DNA of 64,000 bases from an uncultured Chroococcidiopsis sp. (GCA_964248365.1 CAXTYC010000004.1:96001-160000), one strand, 5' to 3'; shown: positions 10,946 through 23,430, numbered from the stretch's first letter. Notes: a model not told the origin generated them from the sequence alone. Program-made: numbers and translations.

Positions 10946-11134
10946 AGCGAACAGAGACTATGCTCAACTGTCTGTCGTTTTAGATGTTGAGAACTATTCC
11001 TATGAAAGTCCAACATAAAATCTGTCTTAGTCAAAAGAATTTAAGTCTCTGTGTGACTCTCCCTAGAGGTGATTTCCCCGATCGCCGCTAATTGCTAACA
11101 TGAAAGCACAAACTTGAGCTGTGGAGTTCTTGCA

Positions 11135-11707
11135 GTGGGATTATTTGACGATTTCAGCCGCTTTCTGGAAAGCCGTTTAGAAGAATTCTTGCGGAATAAT
11201 CCTCATCTGGAGTTAGAAGCGCTATTAGAGCAGTTGCGCGAGCAAGAGGAAGATACCTTAAAGTTAATTTCACAACTCCAGTTGCAGGAAAAGCGATCGC
11301 AAGACGAAATCCTCGCTACAGCCCAAGAAATCCAAAAGTGGCATATTCGGGTAGAGAAAGCAAAGGTAGCTGGTAGACAAGATTTAGCGCAAGCAGCACA
11401 AGAGCGAGAAGCGGCGCTGTTACGGGAAGGTAATCAGCGTTGGGGACAGATGCAAGGTATAAAAGAACGCATTAACCAGGCAAAGGAACTGATAAAAAAG
11501 ATTCAGCAGCGTCGTCAAGAGGTGCAAACTAAAGCAGCGCAAGCCCAGGCTAACCGTACTAGTTATCAGGCTCAAGATCGCTTTGATACTACTGGCTGGA
11601 ATCAAAGTCGTAGCGTTTCTGGTAGTGGAGATGATTTAGAAGCTGCTTTTCGGCGCTGGGAAGCTCAGGATGAGTTAGAGCAGATGAAGCGGAATATGGG
11701 GAGATGA
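11135..11707 (+). CDS. TIGR04376 family PspA-like coiled-coil protein
   Basis: (M)GLFDDFSRFLESRLEEFLRNNPHLELEALLEQLREQEEDT; GTG start at 11135. Confidence 0.85.
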   Translation: MGLFDDFSRFLESRLEEFLRNNPHLELEALLEQLREQEEDTLKLISQLQLQEKRSQDEILATAQEIQKWHIRVEKAKVAGRQDLAQAAQEREAALLREGNQRWGQMQGIKERINQAKELIKKIQQRRQEVQTKAAQAQANRTSYQAQDRFDTTGWNQSRSVSGSGDDLEAAFRRWEAQDELEQMKRNMGR

Positions 11708-11750
11708 TCTGGTTTTGAGTTGAAGATAATTTTGAGATAAAAGCACATAG

Positions 11751-11770
11751 CCTGGGGTTTAAACCCCAGG
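11751..11770. repeat. Perfect 20-bp palindrome downstream of the TIGR04376 gene
   Basis: CCTGGGGTTTAAACCCCAGG. Confidence 0.7.
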
Positions 11771-11792
11771 AAAGCAAAGAACGCGAAGATAG

Positions 11793-11940
11793 GTGAGGAA
11801 TCCGGTTTATTTCTGGCTGGGAGGGGTGCGGGTTCATCCGCATTTTTTGTTTGAGTCTTTGGCATTGGCGATCGCCACTTGGCTACTCTTGCCTAATGTA
11901 CCCAAGCGATTGTACCCACGAGGGCGTAGTTCTGTTAATA
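11793..11940 (+). pseudogene. 5' fragment of a prolipoprotein diacylglyceryl transferase-like (Lgt-family) gene
   Basis: PVYFWLGGVRVHPHFLFESLALAIATWLLL resembles the N-terminus of cyanobacterial Lgt-like proteins as I recall them; similarity ends after about 45 codons. Confidence 0.5.
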
Positions 11941-12159
11941 TGTTTTACCGTGAAGGCAGTGCAGGCTGTAGCAAAGCGCCCCGATTCGTGAAATCTTTCT
12001 TGATGGTTGTCATTTGTTAATATTACGACTGTCCGAGTGTTAATCACCAATAACTAATGACTCTTGATTTTTGACCACCAATCCCTGTATTTTATAACTC
12101 AAATCGTATTGCTATATCACTTATTTACTAACCGTTTATAATAGCAGAATTTCAAAGGC

Positions 12160-12480
12160 TTGATAGGCATGAAAACAAAAAAAGAATTAAATCAAATTAT
12201 TTTAGGTATTATTATGTTATTAATAATGCATAGTGCAGTATTAGTAATTTTAGTAATTCTGGCATATATTATTCGTTTATTTAACACGCTCTTAGCCGCT
12301 AATATCATTCTTCCAATTTTTTATATTGGATTATTGCAACTATTGTATGTAATTCCTGCTGTGATTTGGTTAAGGCAAAAGCAACAATGGGGCAGGATGA
12401 AAGGAGTGCTTGTTGGTGCAGGAATTACTGCTTTGCTTAATGTTGGCTTACTTGCTTTGTGGCTATTATCTTTCAAGTAA
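12160..12480 (+). CDS. Small integral membrane protein
   Basis: Three hydrophobic segments; IGLLQLLYVIP...MKGVLVGAGITALLN; ATG at 12169 is the probable start. Confidence 0.7.
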   Translation: MIGMKTKKELNQIILGIIMLLIMHSAVLVILVILAYIIRLFNTLLAANIILPIFYIGLLQLLYVIPAVIWLRQKQQWGRMKGVLVGAGITALLNVGLLALWLLSFK

Positions 12481-12578
12481 GCTTTAGTAAATAAAATGGC
12501 ATGGCGTAAATGATTGCTGGGATATTTTATGTATCATAATTAAAGTTAAGGTAAGTTTTGAGTTTGATGTAACATTGT

Positions 12579-12860
12579 TTAATTGCATCGATTTTTTTCA
12601 TTGAAACGGTGTTGCTCATCTGTGCGATCGCCACTCGAAGAAATCGATCTGGTAGGAGAATAACCAGAATCAATAAATGAACTACTTTCAGCCGAAGAAT
12701 TGCCGAAAAAAGAGCCAAATTGTTTATTGTAGTTAGAGGCGATCGCCAAAAATGCCCCACCCAAGATATAAATGGGCATGGGTAGGGTTAGCTGTTGTAT
12801 CCAGTCAAACAGTTCGGCAAGAGCAAATAGTATGAAAAAGCAAGCAAGCCAAATCCTCAT
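12579..12860 (-). CDS. Conserved cyanobacterial small membrane protein
   Basis: MRIWLACFFILFALAELFDW...LPMPIYILGGAFLAIASNY. Confidence 0.75.
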   Translation of the reverse strand: MRIWLACFFILFALAELFDWIQQLTLPMPIYILGGAFLAIASNYNKQFGSFFGNSSAESSSFIDSGYSPTRSISSSGDRTDEQHRFNEKNRCN

Positions 12861-12931
12861 AGTTCACCCCAATCTACTCAAACTATATCAATAGCTAGAG
12901 GATAATAGATCTTTGAGCATTATGCTATTAA

Positions 12932-12959
12932 GGTGCGTTACTTGGCTAACGCACCCTAC
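12932..12959. repeat. REP-like palindrome (GTAG family)
   Basis: GGTGCGTTA-CTTGGC-TAACGCACCCTAC. Confidence 0.7.
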
Positions 12960-12968
12960 GGTTGGTGA

Positions 12969-14204
12969 TTAAGGGCATGGGATAGATCCTTGTGCTGAAC
13001 CACCTGGAAGCCAAACACGTAGGCTGCGCCCTCTTTGAAGGTAACCAGGAGGAGCAGACGCGCAGGCTATGCGATCGCGCACACCAACCGCCGTATCTGG
13101 ATTATCGCTAAATAAGCCATCCACACCTAATCTGAAAAACTGTTCGTATTCCTCTTGTGGATTACCGTTATAATCTTGAGCGAGGAAGTAATCTTCATTA
13201 CGGAATGTGTAGGGATGGACGAGTAAGCCTGCTGCATGAGCATCGTCTACTAAAGTAGTGGGTTCTTGCAATCGTCTATCTGCGTCACTGATTTGCCCAT
13301 CTCCATTGAGATCGTCAGGCTGTCCATCTCCATTATCGTCAACTGTTTGAGCAGGAACGATTAATCTTTTAGAAGGTCCAATCCCGTCAGCATATTGGGC
13401 AATATTACTTAATTCCTCTGGGGATGTCAAATCGCCATAAGTGCGAGGATCGCCGCCCGCTACAAAATCATAAGGTTGTTCATTCACATCTCCAAATAAC
13501 TGAACTAAAGGCACTTGTATTAATTCATTTAGTTCTTTAAGATTTGCTGTTTCAAATGATTGGATAAATACAGGATCGTTCGCGTCTGCTAATCCATTAG
13601 CTTGGAGAGCTGCAACTAAAGGCTGTTCCAGAGATAAACCGATGGAATCAAAGTAGGTGGGGTGTTTGGTTTCTGGGTAAATACCAATAATTCGCCCAGT
13701 TTCAATAGTTTTTTGCTTTGCTAAATCAATTACTTCTTGGAAAGTAGGTATTTCAAATTGTCCATCATATTGAGCGGAAAGGGGGCGAAATTGAGGAATG
13801 CGCTCTTTTGCTCGAAGTGTTTTGATTTCTGCTAAAGTAAAGTCTTCTGTAAACCAGCCAGTAACTTCTACTCCATCAATTACTTTGGTGGTTTTGCGGT
13901 TAGCAAACTCTGGGCGTAGGGCTACATCAGTAGTACCAGAAATTTCGTTTTCATGCCGAGCAATCAAAACGCCGTCAAGGGTGGAAACCAAATCTGGTTC
14001 AATATAATCAGCACCAAGAGCGATCGCTAACTCATATGATGCTAGTGTATGCTCTGGACGGTAGCCGCTAGCTCCCCGATGTCCAATTACAATCGGACTT
14101 GCACCTGTCAAAGTTTCTGCTACCGATTGAGCTTGTAATTTATCAGCACTAAAAATTCCCATAACTGCTGATGCTACCAATATTAACCGAGAAAAACGCA
14201 ACAT
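12969..14204 (-). CDS. glpQ: Secreted glycerophosphodiester phosphodiesterase (GlpQ/GDPD family)
   Basis: Signal peptide from ATG 14204; [43 protein letters not shown] motifs; atypical C-terminal tail. Confidence 0.88.
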   Translation of the reverse strand: MLRFSRLILVASAVMGIFSADKLQAQSVAETLTGASPIVIGHRGASGYRPEHTLASYELAIALGADYIEPDLVSTLDGVLIARHENEISGTTDVALRPEFANRKTTKVIDGVEVTGWFTEDFTLAEIKTLRAKERIPQFRPLSAQYDGQFEIPTFQEVIDLAKQKTIETGRIIGIYPETKHPTYFDSIGLSLEQPLVAALQANGLADANDPVFIQSFETANLKELNELIQVPLVQLFGDVNEQPYDFVAGGDPRTYGDLTSPEELSNIAQYADGIGPSKRLIVPAQTVDDNGDGQPDDLNGDGQISDADRRLQEPTTLVDDAHAAGLLVHPYTFRNEDYFLAQDYNGNPQEEYEQFFRLGVDGLFSDNPDTAVGVRDRIACASAPPGYLQRGRSLRVWLPGGSAQGSIPCP

Positions 14205-14437
14205 AACTCGATTGGTCAAAACAGAACTTGAAAATCTCAAAGCCAAAATTTCTACATAGTAGGAGCGGTTTTTTCCAATATCTCTGTTGCTGCACATTTG
14301 TTTTTTTCCTAATTTTGTAGTGAATATACGTTGCTTGAATTAAGCTCTAGTTAATAGAAAATTAAATTTATTTGAAGTTGAACTTCATTATATAATAAAA
14401 TCTAGATAACTTTCCTTTCTTAGAAAATGTTTGATAA

Positions 14438-14462
14438 GTAGGGTGGGCATTGCCCACCCTAC
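14438..14462. repeat. REP-like palindrome GTAGGGTGGGCATTGCCCACCCTAC
   Basis: Related copies at about 23341-23357, 29687-29707 and 63617-63672; related arms at 21873-21916 and 23281. Confidence 0.85.
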
Positions 14463-14529
14463 TTTTGCTTAAAGATGAGTTTCGATAAGGACTTAATGTA
14501 TTACGTAATTTCCTAACATCCTCTTAGCT

Positions 14530-17010
<2,481 letters not shown>

Positions 17011-17015
17011 CGAAC

Positions 17016-17086
17016 CGCCAAGACGCGAAGAACGCAAAGGTAGAGGAGAGTTTTAATCTAGACTTTTGCGGCTTTGCGTCTTGGCG
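17016..17086. repeat. Hairpin repeat of the CGCAAAGACGCAAAG family
   Basis: CGCCAAGACGCGAAGAACGCAAAG...CTTTTGCGGCTTTGCGTCTTGGCG; related arms near 11771, 41496 and 51523. Confidence 0.7.
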
Positions 17087-17109
17087 TGACATAAATCCAA
17101 AATATTGTA

Positions 17110-18030
17110 ATGCCTCTTCATCAAACTTCTGGTCGTTGGCAGTTAGGGTTAGCATTGTCGCTGTTGACTGTCCTGTTGTGGGGCGTTTTGCCGATCGCCC
17201 TCAAAATAACTCTGCAAGTTTTAGATGTCTATACATTGACTTGGTTTCGGTTTGTGGTTGCTTTTGGGCTGCTGGCTATTTATTTGCTCTTTAGGCGAAA
17301 ATTACCTACACTGCAACAGTTATCAGCAAGTGTTGGAATGCTTGCGATCGCTACGATATTTCTAGGGCTGAATTATTTGTTTTTCTCGCAAGGTTTGGCT
17401 CAAACTTCAGCTAATAATGCTGAGGTTTTGATTCAACTTGCGCCTGTTTTGTTTGGGTTGGGTGCGATCGCTATATTCAAAGAACGCTACACTTTAGGGC
17501 AATGGGTAGGGATGGCTGTGTTAACGCTGGGGTTCGTCCTGTTTTTCCATGAGCAATTACGCAGTTTAATTACAACAGCCTCAGAGTATCTAGTGGGTAG
17601 TAGTTTACTGGTAATTGCCGCAGCAGCTTGGGCTATTTATGCTCTGGCACAAAAGCAACTTTTACAAAGTTTGCCATCCGCTAGCGTTATGCTAATGATC
17701 TACGGTGGCTGTGCGTTGTTGTTCAGCCCGTTTGCTGCTCCTCAAAAAATTTTAACGCTTAGTCCTTTACCCTTGGGAAGGTTGCTTTTTTGTGGGTTGA
17801 ATACCTTGGTGGCTTACGGTGCTTTTGGCGCGGCTTTGGAACACTGGGAAGCTTCGCGGGTAAGTGCAGTGCTAGCACTGGCTCCGATTTGCACATTGGT
17901 AGCAGTAGAAGTTTTTTCATCTCTAATGCCAAATTTGATAGCACCAGAACCACTGACGATATTAGCAATAGTGGGGGCGATTTTGGTAGTTTCAGGAGCG
18001 ATGGTGATCGCACTGGGAAGAAAGCGGTAA
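17110..18030 (+). CDS. DMT/EamA family transporter
   Basis: About 10 TM segments in two EamA repeats (LWGVLPIALK; AWAIYALAQK). Confidence 0.92.
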   Translation: MPLHQTSGRWQLGLALSLLTVLLWGVLPIALKITLQVLDVYTLTWFRFVVAFGLLAIYLLFRRKLPTLQQLSASVGMLAIATIFLGLNYLFFSQGLAQTSANNAEVLIQLAPVLFGLGAIAIFKERYTLGQWVGMAVLTLGFVLFFHEQLRSLITTASEYLVGSSLLVIAAAAWAIYALAQKQLLQSLPSASVMLMIYGGCALLFSPFAAPQKILTLSPLPLGRLLFCGLNTLVAYGAFGAALEHWEASRVSAVLALAPICTLVAVEVFSSLMPNLIAPEPLTILAIVGAILVVSGAMVIALGRKR

Positions 18031-18036
18031 TACCAT

Positions 18037-18237
18037 TTTAGATTTTAGATTTTGGATTTTAGATTGGTAGTTGGTAGTTGGTAGTTGGTAGTTGGTAGTT
18101 GGTAATTGGTAATTGGTAATTGGTAATTCCCCCCAACTCCCCCAACTCCCCCTCCTCTCACCCCCTCTCCCTCTCTCCCCTCTCCCCCTCCCCCTCCTCT
18201 TTCCCCCAGCCCCTAGCCCCCAGCCCCTAGCCCCTCC
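18037..18237. repeat. STRR tract between convergent genes
   Basis: ATTTTAG, TTGGTAG/TTGGTAA x9, CCCCAACTC and TAGCCCC units. Confidence 0.85.
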
Positions 18238-19355
18238 TATAGTTGCTTACCCAGCCACTTGCGGAAGTTAGAATGATACAGGCTGTAACCCATTTCTCCT
18301 TTGATTGGTTGCTGCTGCAAGAACTCCAGCCAATTTTCTAGCGCTAGCTCAACTTCGTATTCGTCTTGATCAATAATTTGGGCGATCGCGTGGGCTGATA
18401 TTGGTTGTTCTTGCCGTACTAGGACGTACAACACTGCTAACTCAAACGAGGACAAATCTACTTTCTTCATGCGTTGCCAGTGGCTTTGGTAATATGCCTC
18501 TAAACCAGGAGGTAGCTGCTCGAAGTCGAACTGATTGGGGTCGAAATAAGGGGCAATGGTAGGTAAAATCTGGCTGAGGTACATGAAATTGTTTTCGCTG
18601 GCTGCTGTTAGGCGTGTAATGAATTTTTGCTCAGTTAGGTATTGCTGAATATATGCCTGCACATCTTTCCGGTTTTGCTCTGGATAATTTGCTAAATCAA
18701 GAGTCTGCGACGCAGTTTCGATTAATAAACCGGATCTATCTCTGGGGAAAGGGCGACGGGTGAGGAGAAAATAGACGCGATCTGGGAGATATCTGGGAAG
18801 ATAAAATAGATTTGAGCCAGCAGATTGACTGTTGGGGTCAATGCGATCTAGTCCATCAATAGCAATGATTAGGTGCTGTGGTGGTTCTAGCAAATCGCTA
18901 ATTTTCTGAAGTAGGAGGGAGAGAAACCAACTGCCTTGTGTGGCGTTATCGGGGAGTGCGATCGCACTTATTGGATCGGATTTAATTTGATCTGCTGTTT
19001 GCTTACCTATAGACAGGCTCTTTTCACCCCTAATATCACCTATTGTGTGTATTAATTGGGTACAGATATTCCTGAGAAATTCCTCTGCTTGATTTTTACA
19101 TTCAACTTCAGCGGTGTAATAGACAACAAAGGGATGTGAGGTAACATACTTGGCAAGGACGGCACTTTTGCCGCTACCTGGTACGCCAACAATAGTGAAG
19201 TACCCCGCGTTATGACAGTTGATAAAGTCGGAAATGGCAGTGAAGATAAAAGAGCGACCGACGAAGTTTTGGCTTTTTTCGCGCACTCGTTGCTGAAATT
19301 GGGTCAGGTAGGAGGCGGTATAGATCGAAGCTGGCGATCGCGGCGGGATGTTCAT
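18237..19355 (-). CDS. STAND/NACHT-like P-loop ATPase (second copy, no N-terminal domain)
   Basis: FVGRSFIF, Walker A GVPGSGKS, Walker B IIAIDGLD, FLLTRRP, SENNFMYL, winged-helix YSLYHSNFRKWL. Confidence 0.85.
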   Translation of the reverse strand: MNIPPRSPASIYTASYLTQFQQRVREKSQNFVGRSFIFTAISDFINCHNAGYFTIVGVPGSGKSAVLAKYVTSHPFVVYYTAEVECKNQAEEFLRNICTQLIHTIGDIRGEKSLSIGKQTADQIKSDPISAIALPDNATQGSWFLSLLLQKISDLLEPPQHLIIAIDGLDRIDPNSQSAGSNLFYLPRYLPDRVYFLLTRRPFPRDRSGLLIETASQTLDLANYPEQNRKDVQAYIQQYLTEQKFITRLTAASENNFMYLSQILPTIAPYFDPNQFDFEQLPPGLEAYYQSHWQRMKKVDLSSFELAVLYVLVRQEQPISAHAIAQIIDQDEYEVELALENWLEFLQQQPIKGEMGYSLYHSNFRKWLGKQL

Positions 19356-19357
19356 AG

Positions 19358-20182
19358 CTATGCCTCTATTCCTTCCAGCCGCAGGAAATGCACTTGCCCT
19401 GATTCCTCACCCACCACAATTGTCACTCCATCTGGCACAACAGCACAGCACGATATTGGACTATCTCCCCAGAAACTAGTCACTTCCTTGCCCGTTGCCA
19501 AGTCCCAGACTTTGAGTGTCCTGTCATCTGAACCTGATATCGCCTGCAAGCCATTGGGGTTAACGGCTACTGCACTTACACTGCTGCTATGACCTGTGAG
19601 GGTGAATAGTTCCTTGCCCGTTGCCAAGTCCCAGACTTTGAGTGTTTTGTCAAGTGAACCAGAGATTGCCTGCAAGCCATTGGGGCTGAAAGCTACTGCA
19701 TCTACATAGCTGCTATGACCTATGAGGGTACGTAGCAACCGCCCACCAGAGGGAGTTAAGCTAGTTGTCAAGGGACGCAACCAAAGTGCAGCTTGCCTCT
19801 GCTTTGCCTGTGACAGCATTGCCTGAATTTCTGGCACGTCAAAGAGCAGCAACCTTCCCCACAATTGCCCTGCCAGTTGCGTTGTATCCCTAGCAACAAT
19901 ATGTGCTGACAGTCGCAATGCCCCTTGAATTAATTTCAGCGATTTGACTTTTTGCTCCGGTTTAGTTGAAATTTCTGAATTGTCAATCAAGTCATAATCA
20001 TCAATCAGCGCCTGCACCCCAAAATCAGGATGGTTAATCTTTGCCGCTATGAAGTTGAAATCAGCCAGAGTTTTGTAATACTTTTCTAAATTTCCTGACT
20101 GCACTAAATTGTAAGGATACCTGCCCAGATAAGCTTTTAGGGAGTAGGACTTTTTTGCTATTGATTTATTAGCATTCATCAT
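19358..20182 (-). CDS. Helical-domain plus short WD40-repeat protein
   Basis: APAF1/TEP1-like helical segment (FNFIAAKI..GVQALIDDY..ALRLSAHI..QLAGQLWGRL), two GH...WD repeats and a terminal degenerate blade; start overlaps the upstream stop. Confidence 0.85.
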   Translation of the reverse strand: MMNANKSIAKKSYSLKAYLGRYPYNLVQSGNLEKYYKTLADFNFIAAKINHPDFGVQALIDDYDLIDNSEISTKPEQKVKSLKLIQGALRLSAHIVARDTTQLAGQLWGRLLLFDVPEIQAMLSQAKQRQAALWLRPLTTSLTPSGGRLLRTLIGHSSYVDAVAFSPNGLQAISGSLDKTLKVWDLATGKELFTLTGHSSSVSAVAVNPNGLQAISGSDDRTLKVWDLATGKEVTSFWGDSPISCCAVVPDGVTIVVGEESGQVHFLRLEGIEA

Positions 20183-21746
20183 CTGCGTCCATCTCCCTTT
20201 TCCAGTAGTCAACAATGCGTTGATTAACATCCCGAAATAACTTCCGCTTTGAATCCAAATCTCTCTTTCGATTCAAGAAGTCAAGGAAACTGGTGTGATA
20301 GATACTGTAGCAGATATCCTCTTCTACTTTTTGCTCCTTCAAATACTCAACCCACTCATCTAAAATCGATTGCACATCATACTCATCTTGGTCAGCAATT
20401 TTAGCAATCATTTCACACCCAATTGCCGTACCAATCTCCACCAAAATAAACAGGATAATCACCTTCATTTCTTTGAGTGCGTCATCCATCCCCATCCGCA
20501 CCCAATGTTGTTGATAGTAGTCCTGAAGACCATCGGGCAATTGCTTTAAATTTAAGTCCTTATAGACACCACGAGCAATGTCTGGTAGGACATAGCGCAG
20601 ATACATAAAATTGTTTTCACTCTTGTGGGCTACCTTTTCAGTAAATTCGTCATCATTGATATTGCGCTCGTGAATCCACTTTCTTAGAGCATCTTTATAT
20701 TCAGAGTCGTGATGTAGAAATAACTGAATATACTCTTTCACATCATCACGACTCAAATCTGCATAATTCCTTAAGTCTAACTCCTCTACTGGAACCCCAG
20801 GAGACAGAAATAGTCTCTTTGCTTCTAGGATGTAAGGTCGTCTAGTCAGCAAGAAATAGACTCCTTCTGGGAGTGTCGTGGGTAAATATAAAAGATTATC
20901 CCCTGGTTCTTGTTCCACTTCATCGAGCGCATCAACCACAATCACAAGTCGTTGACCAGAGGAAAGTGTTTTGCTAACTTTTTCCAGTAAAGTTGGTAAA
21001 TCAGCTTTCTCTGCATCCTGCAACTGGTAATGCTTAATCAGTTGTTTACGAATACTATCTAAAAACTGTTCGGGTCGATTGCGACCCTCAGCGCGAATAT
21101 TGAAATAGCAAGGGTATTTGTAGTCACGAACGTACTTAGCAGCAATGGTACTTTTCCCCATTCCCGCCTCCCCCACTAGGGTAAAGTAGCCCTTGGTATT
21201 GTTATTTATGAATTGTGCCAAAGTATCAAAAACAAATTGGCGACCACAAAAAGACCGAACTTTTTCTTGAATTAATGGTTTAAATTCTTCTGGGTACTCA
21301 TCCAGATTCCAGTCTGGGTAAGGCTGAAAATCTGGCGATTTACTACGTCGTGCTACGTTGATAAAAACTTTTCCAAATTTTTATAACTGGGGACGGATGT
21401 CTATTCTCGATTCTCTAATTTCATCTCCTAAGATATTCCACTCAAGGAATTTTTCTACTTCTTGGAAGAAACCTAATGGATTATTTGAAGTATAAGCTTG
21501 CCAAAAAGCATTTTTAATCTCTTTTTCTCTAAAAAGTTTAAGAATTGGCTCTGGCTTAAACGCGCCATACTCTACTAAAGTGTAAACATAAAGACCATCA
21601 ACATCTTTGGGAGGCTGTACCGGATCAAGGTTTAATTCTTTTAGAATTTTGACTACAATTTCATTGCGTTGAGCTTGATTTAAGACTTTTGAACCCAAAG
21701 AATTGACAATACTAGTAATCGTTTTTACTAAGTTTGGGTCTGTCAT
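20169..21746 (-). pseudogene. STAND/NACHT-like ATPase with N-terminal helical domain, interrupted by one in-frame TAA
   Basis: ORFs 21381-21746 and 20169-21221 share a frame and join through TAA (21381-21383): ...IRPQL*KFGKVF...QEKVRSFCGRQFVFDTLAQF; Walker A GEAGMGKS, Walker B IVVDALDE. Confidence 0.85.
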
Positions 21747-21872
21747 TACGATTAAATCTCAATTTTTAGTATTATAGTTACAGTTAGGTGCAGCCAACTG
21801 TCAAATAGTCTATTAGTTAATTTATTCAACGCCATCAAAGCTAATTCCAACAATTTTATCAAATCTTAATTA

Positions 21873-21916
21873 GCCACCCATGCCCACCATTATCAGAAGG
21901 AGTGGGCATGGGTGGC
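21873..21916. repeat. 15-bp inverted repeat (REP-related hairpin)
   Basis: GCCACCCATGCCCAC...GTGGGCATGGGTGGC; the same arm occurs at 23281 and a variant near 29542. Confidence 0.75.
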
Positions 21917-22511
21917 ATACTATGTATTAATAAATACAAGAGTGTTAATGTAAGAAAGAGAATTTAGCGCAAAGTCTTCTCTGGAGCAATAAACTCTAAC
22001 CGCGCTAATACTATAGTTTTGTTAATGCAGGTATTGCGGAACGCTACGATAGTTTAAAGTTGGAAGGATCACGAACAAGTGCCTCCTGTTGCGCGATCGC
22101 GTCCTGTTTCTCGTCAGCACATTCAAAATCCATAACTAGAAAAATAACAAACCCAGCATCTGGATAAGCAACAGCGCAATCATCAAAACATCAAATTAAC
22201 TGTTGCAATTTATTCATTTCTTATCCTGAGTGCGGCGAAAAGCAATAATCTTGATTTTGCGTTTTGAAACCCAGATAGATCAGCTATTTGGAAATCCCCA
22301 GTAATAAAGCAATTACCAATTACCTGAAAGCTATTGTTCACGAATGAATCAGGATAGCTGTACTATACTCTATTTGCATTGATTTATTAAGAAATTTTAC
22401 ATAAATCTGTGTGTGTCCAAGAAAGAAAGGCGCAGGTTGAAGTAATAACTAATAGAGCAAAATCTCAAGTTTGTAGCTTGCGATCGCCTAGTTAATTAAG
22501 GATATTTAAAT

Positions 22512-23216
22512 ATGTCTCTGGACACGGATACTCCTTTGCTCATCTAACAAGATTTATATTTTGGAAACAAGATACCTGATGGTGGAGAAGTTTCCCAAAA
22601 AGAGTTTTAAGCGTTTGTAGACAATGTTATTACCCCTCGTTTTCCTGCTGGAGTGACAGTTTTTGATACAAATGGACAATTTCAAGACAGCACAGGTAAA
22701 ATTATTGAAGAACCATCTAAAGTTGTTAGCCTGATTCTGGAAGATACTAAGCAAAACGAAGCTGCCATTAACAAGATTGTCAAGTCATATATTCAACAGT
22801 TACAGCCAAAAAGTGTTCTCGTCGTTGTTGATGAAGATATATAGGCTGATATACAGACTAATTTCACTGTTGACGCTCTTAAATTAGCTATTCCCATCGA
22901 AAATGTAGGTAATACTGGCGCTGCTTATGCAGTCGATTCGTTTGGTAGTGGCGTGGTTGGTTTATCTGGGATAGATAATCTATTGGGAGCAAACTTTAAA
23001 TATACGTTGCACGATCAAATGAGTAATCCCACAGGTAGGGACGAGTTAAATTATAATTTTTCTGGGTTAAACAGCGGCGTGGAACTGCTAGCAAGCGGTA
23101 CAGTTGTTGTCTGTAAGCAAAATAACCTTTTCATCCCACAAGGAACCTTTGGAACCTCAGCGGTGACATTTACTGGTACACCTGACAACGCCTGTTTGAG
23201 TGATTTGGGAATTTGA
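22512..23216 (+). pseudogene. DUF3574-domain protein pseudogene (one frame, three internal stops)
   Basis: MSLDTDTPLLI*QDLYFGNKIPDGGEVSQKEF*AFVDNVITPRFPAGVTVFDTNGQFQ...EPSKVV...VDEDI*, continuing in frame to 23216; stops at 22545, 22608 and 22842. Confidence 0.75.
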
Positions 23217-23430
23217 CTGGTTAATGTCCTGCAAGGTTTGAGTCTGTATATTTTAGATTTTAGATTTAAAGCAAATGTCTGCCACCCATGCCCACCAAAT
23301 TATTGATGGTGGGCGAAGCCCCGTATTACACCACAGCGGAGGGATTGCCCACCCTACTTATCCAACAAGATTTATATTTTGGAAACAAAATCCCAGATGG
23401 GAAAGCTGCCGCACTAGAGAGTTTAAAATA

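Noticed and set aside
18037..18237. Tandem arrays here and at 3710, 33190 and 50130 as possible CRISPR
   Set aside because: Units are 7-10 bp with no unique spacers and no cas genes; these are ordinary cyanobacterial STRRs.
22010..22220. Minus-strand fragment ending in AIPALTKL, a possible HEAT-repeat relic
   Set aside because: Several stops and only one short motif; too weak to call.
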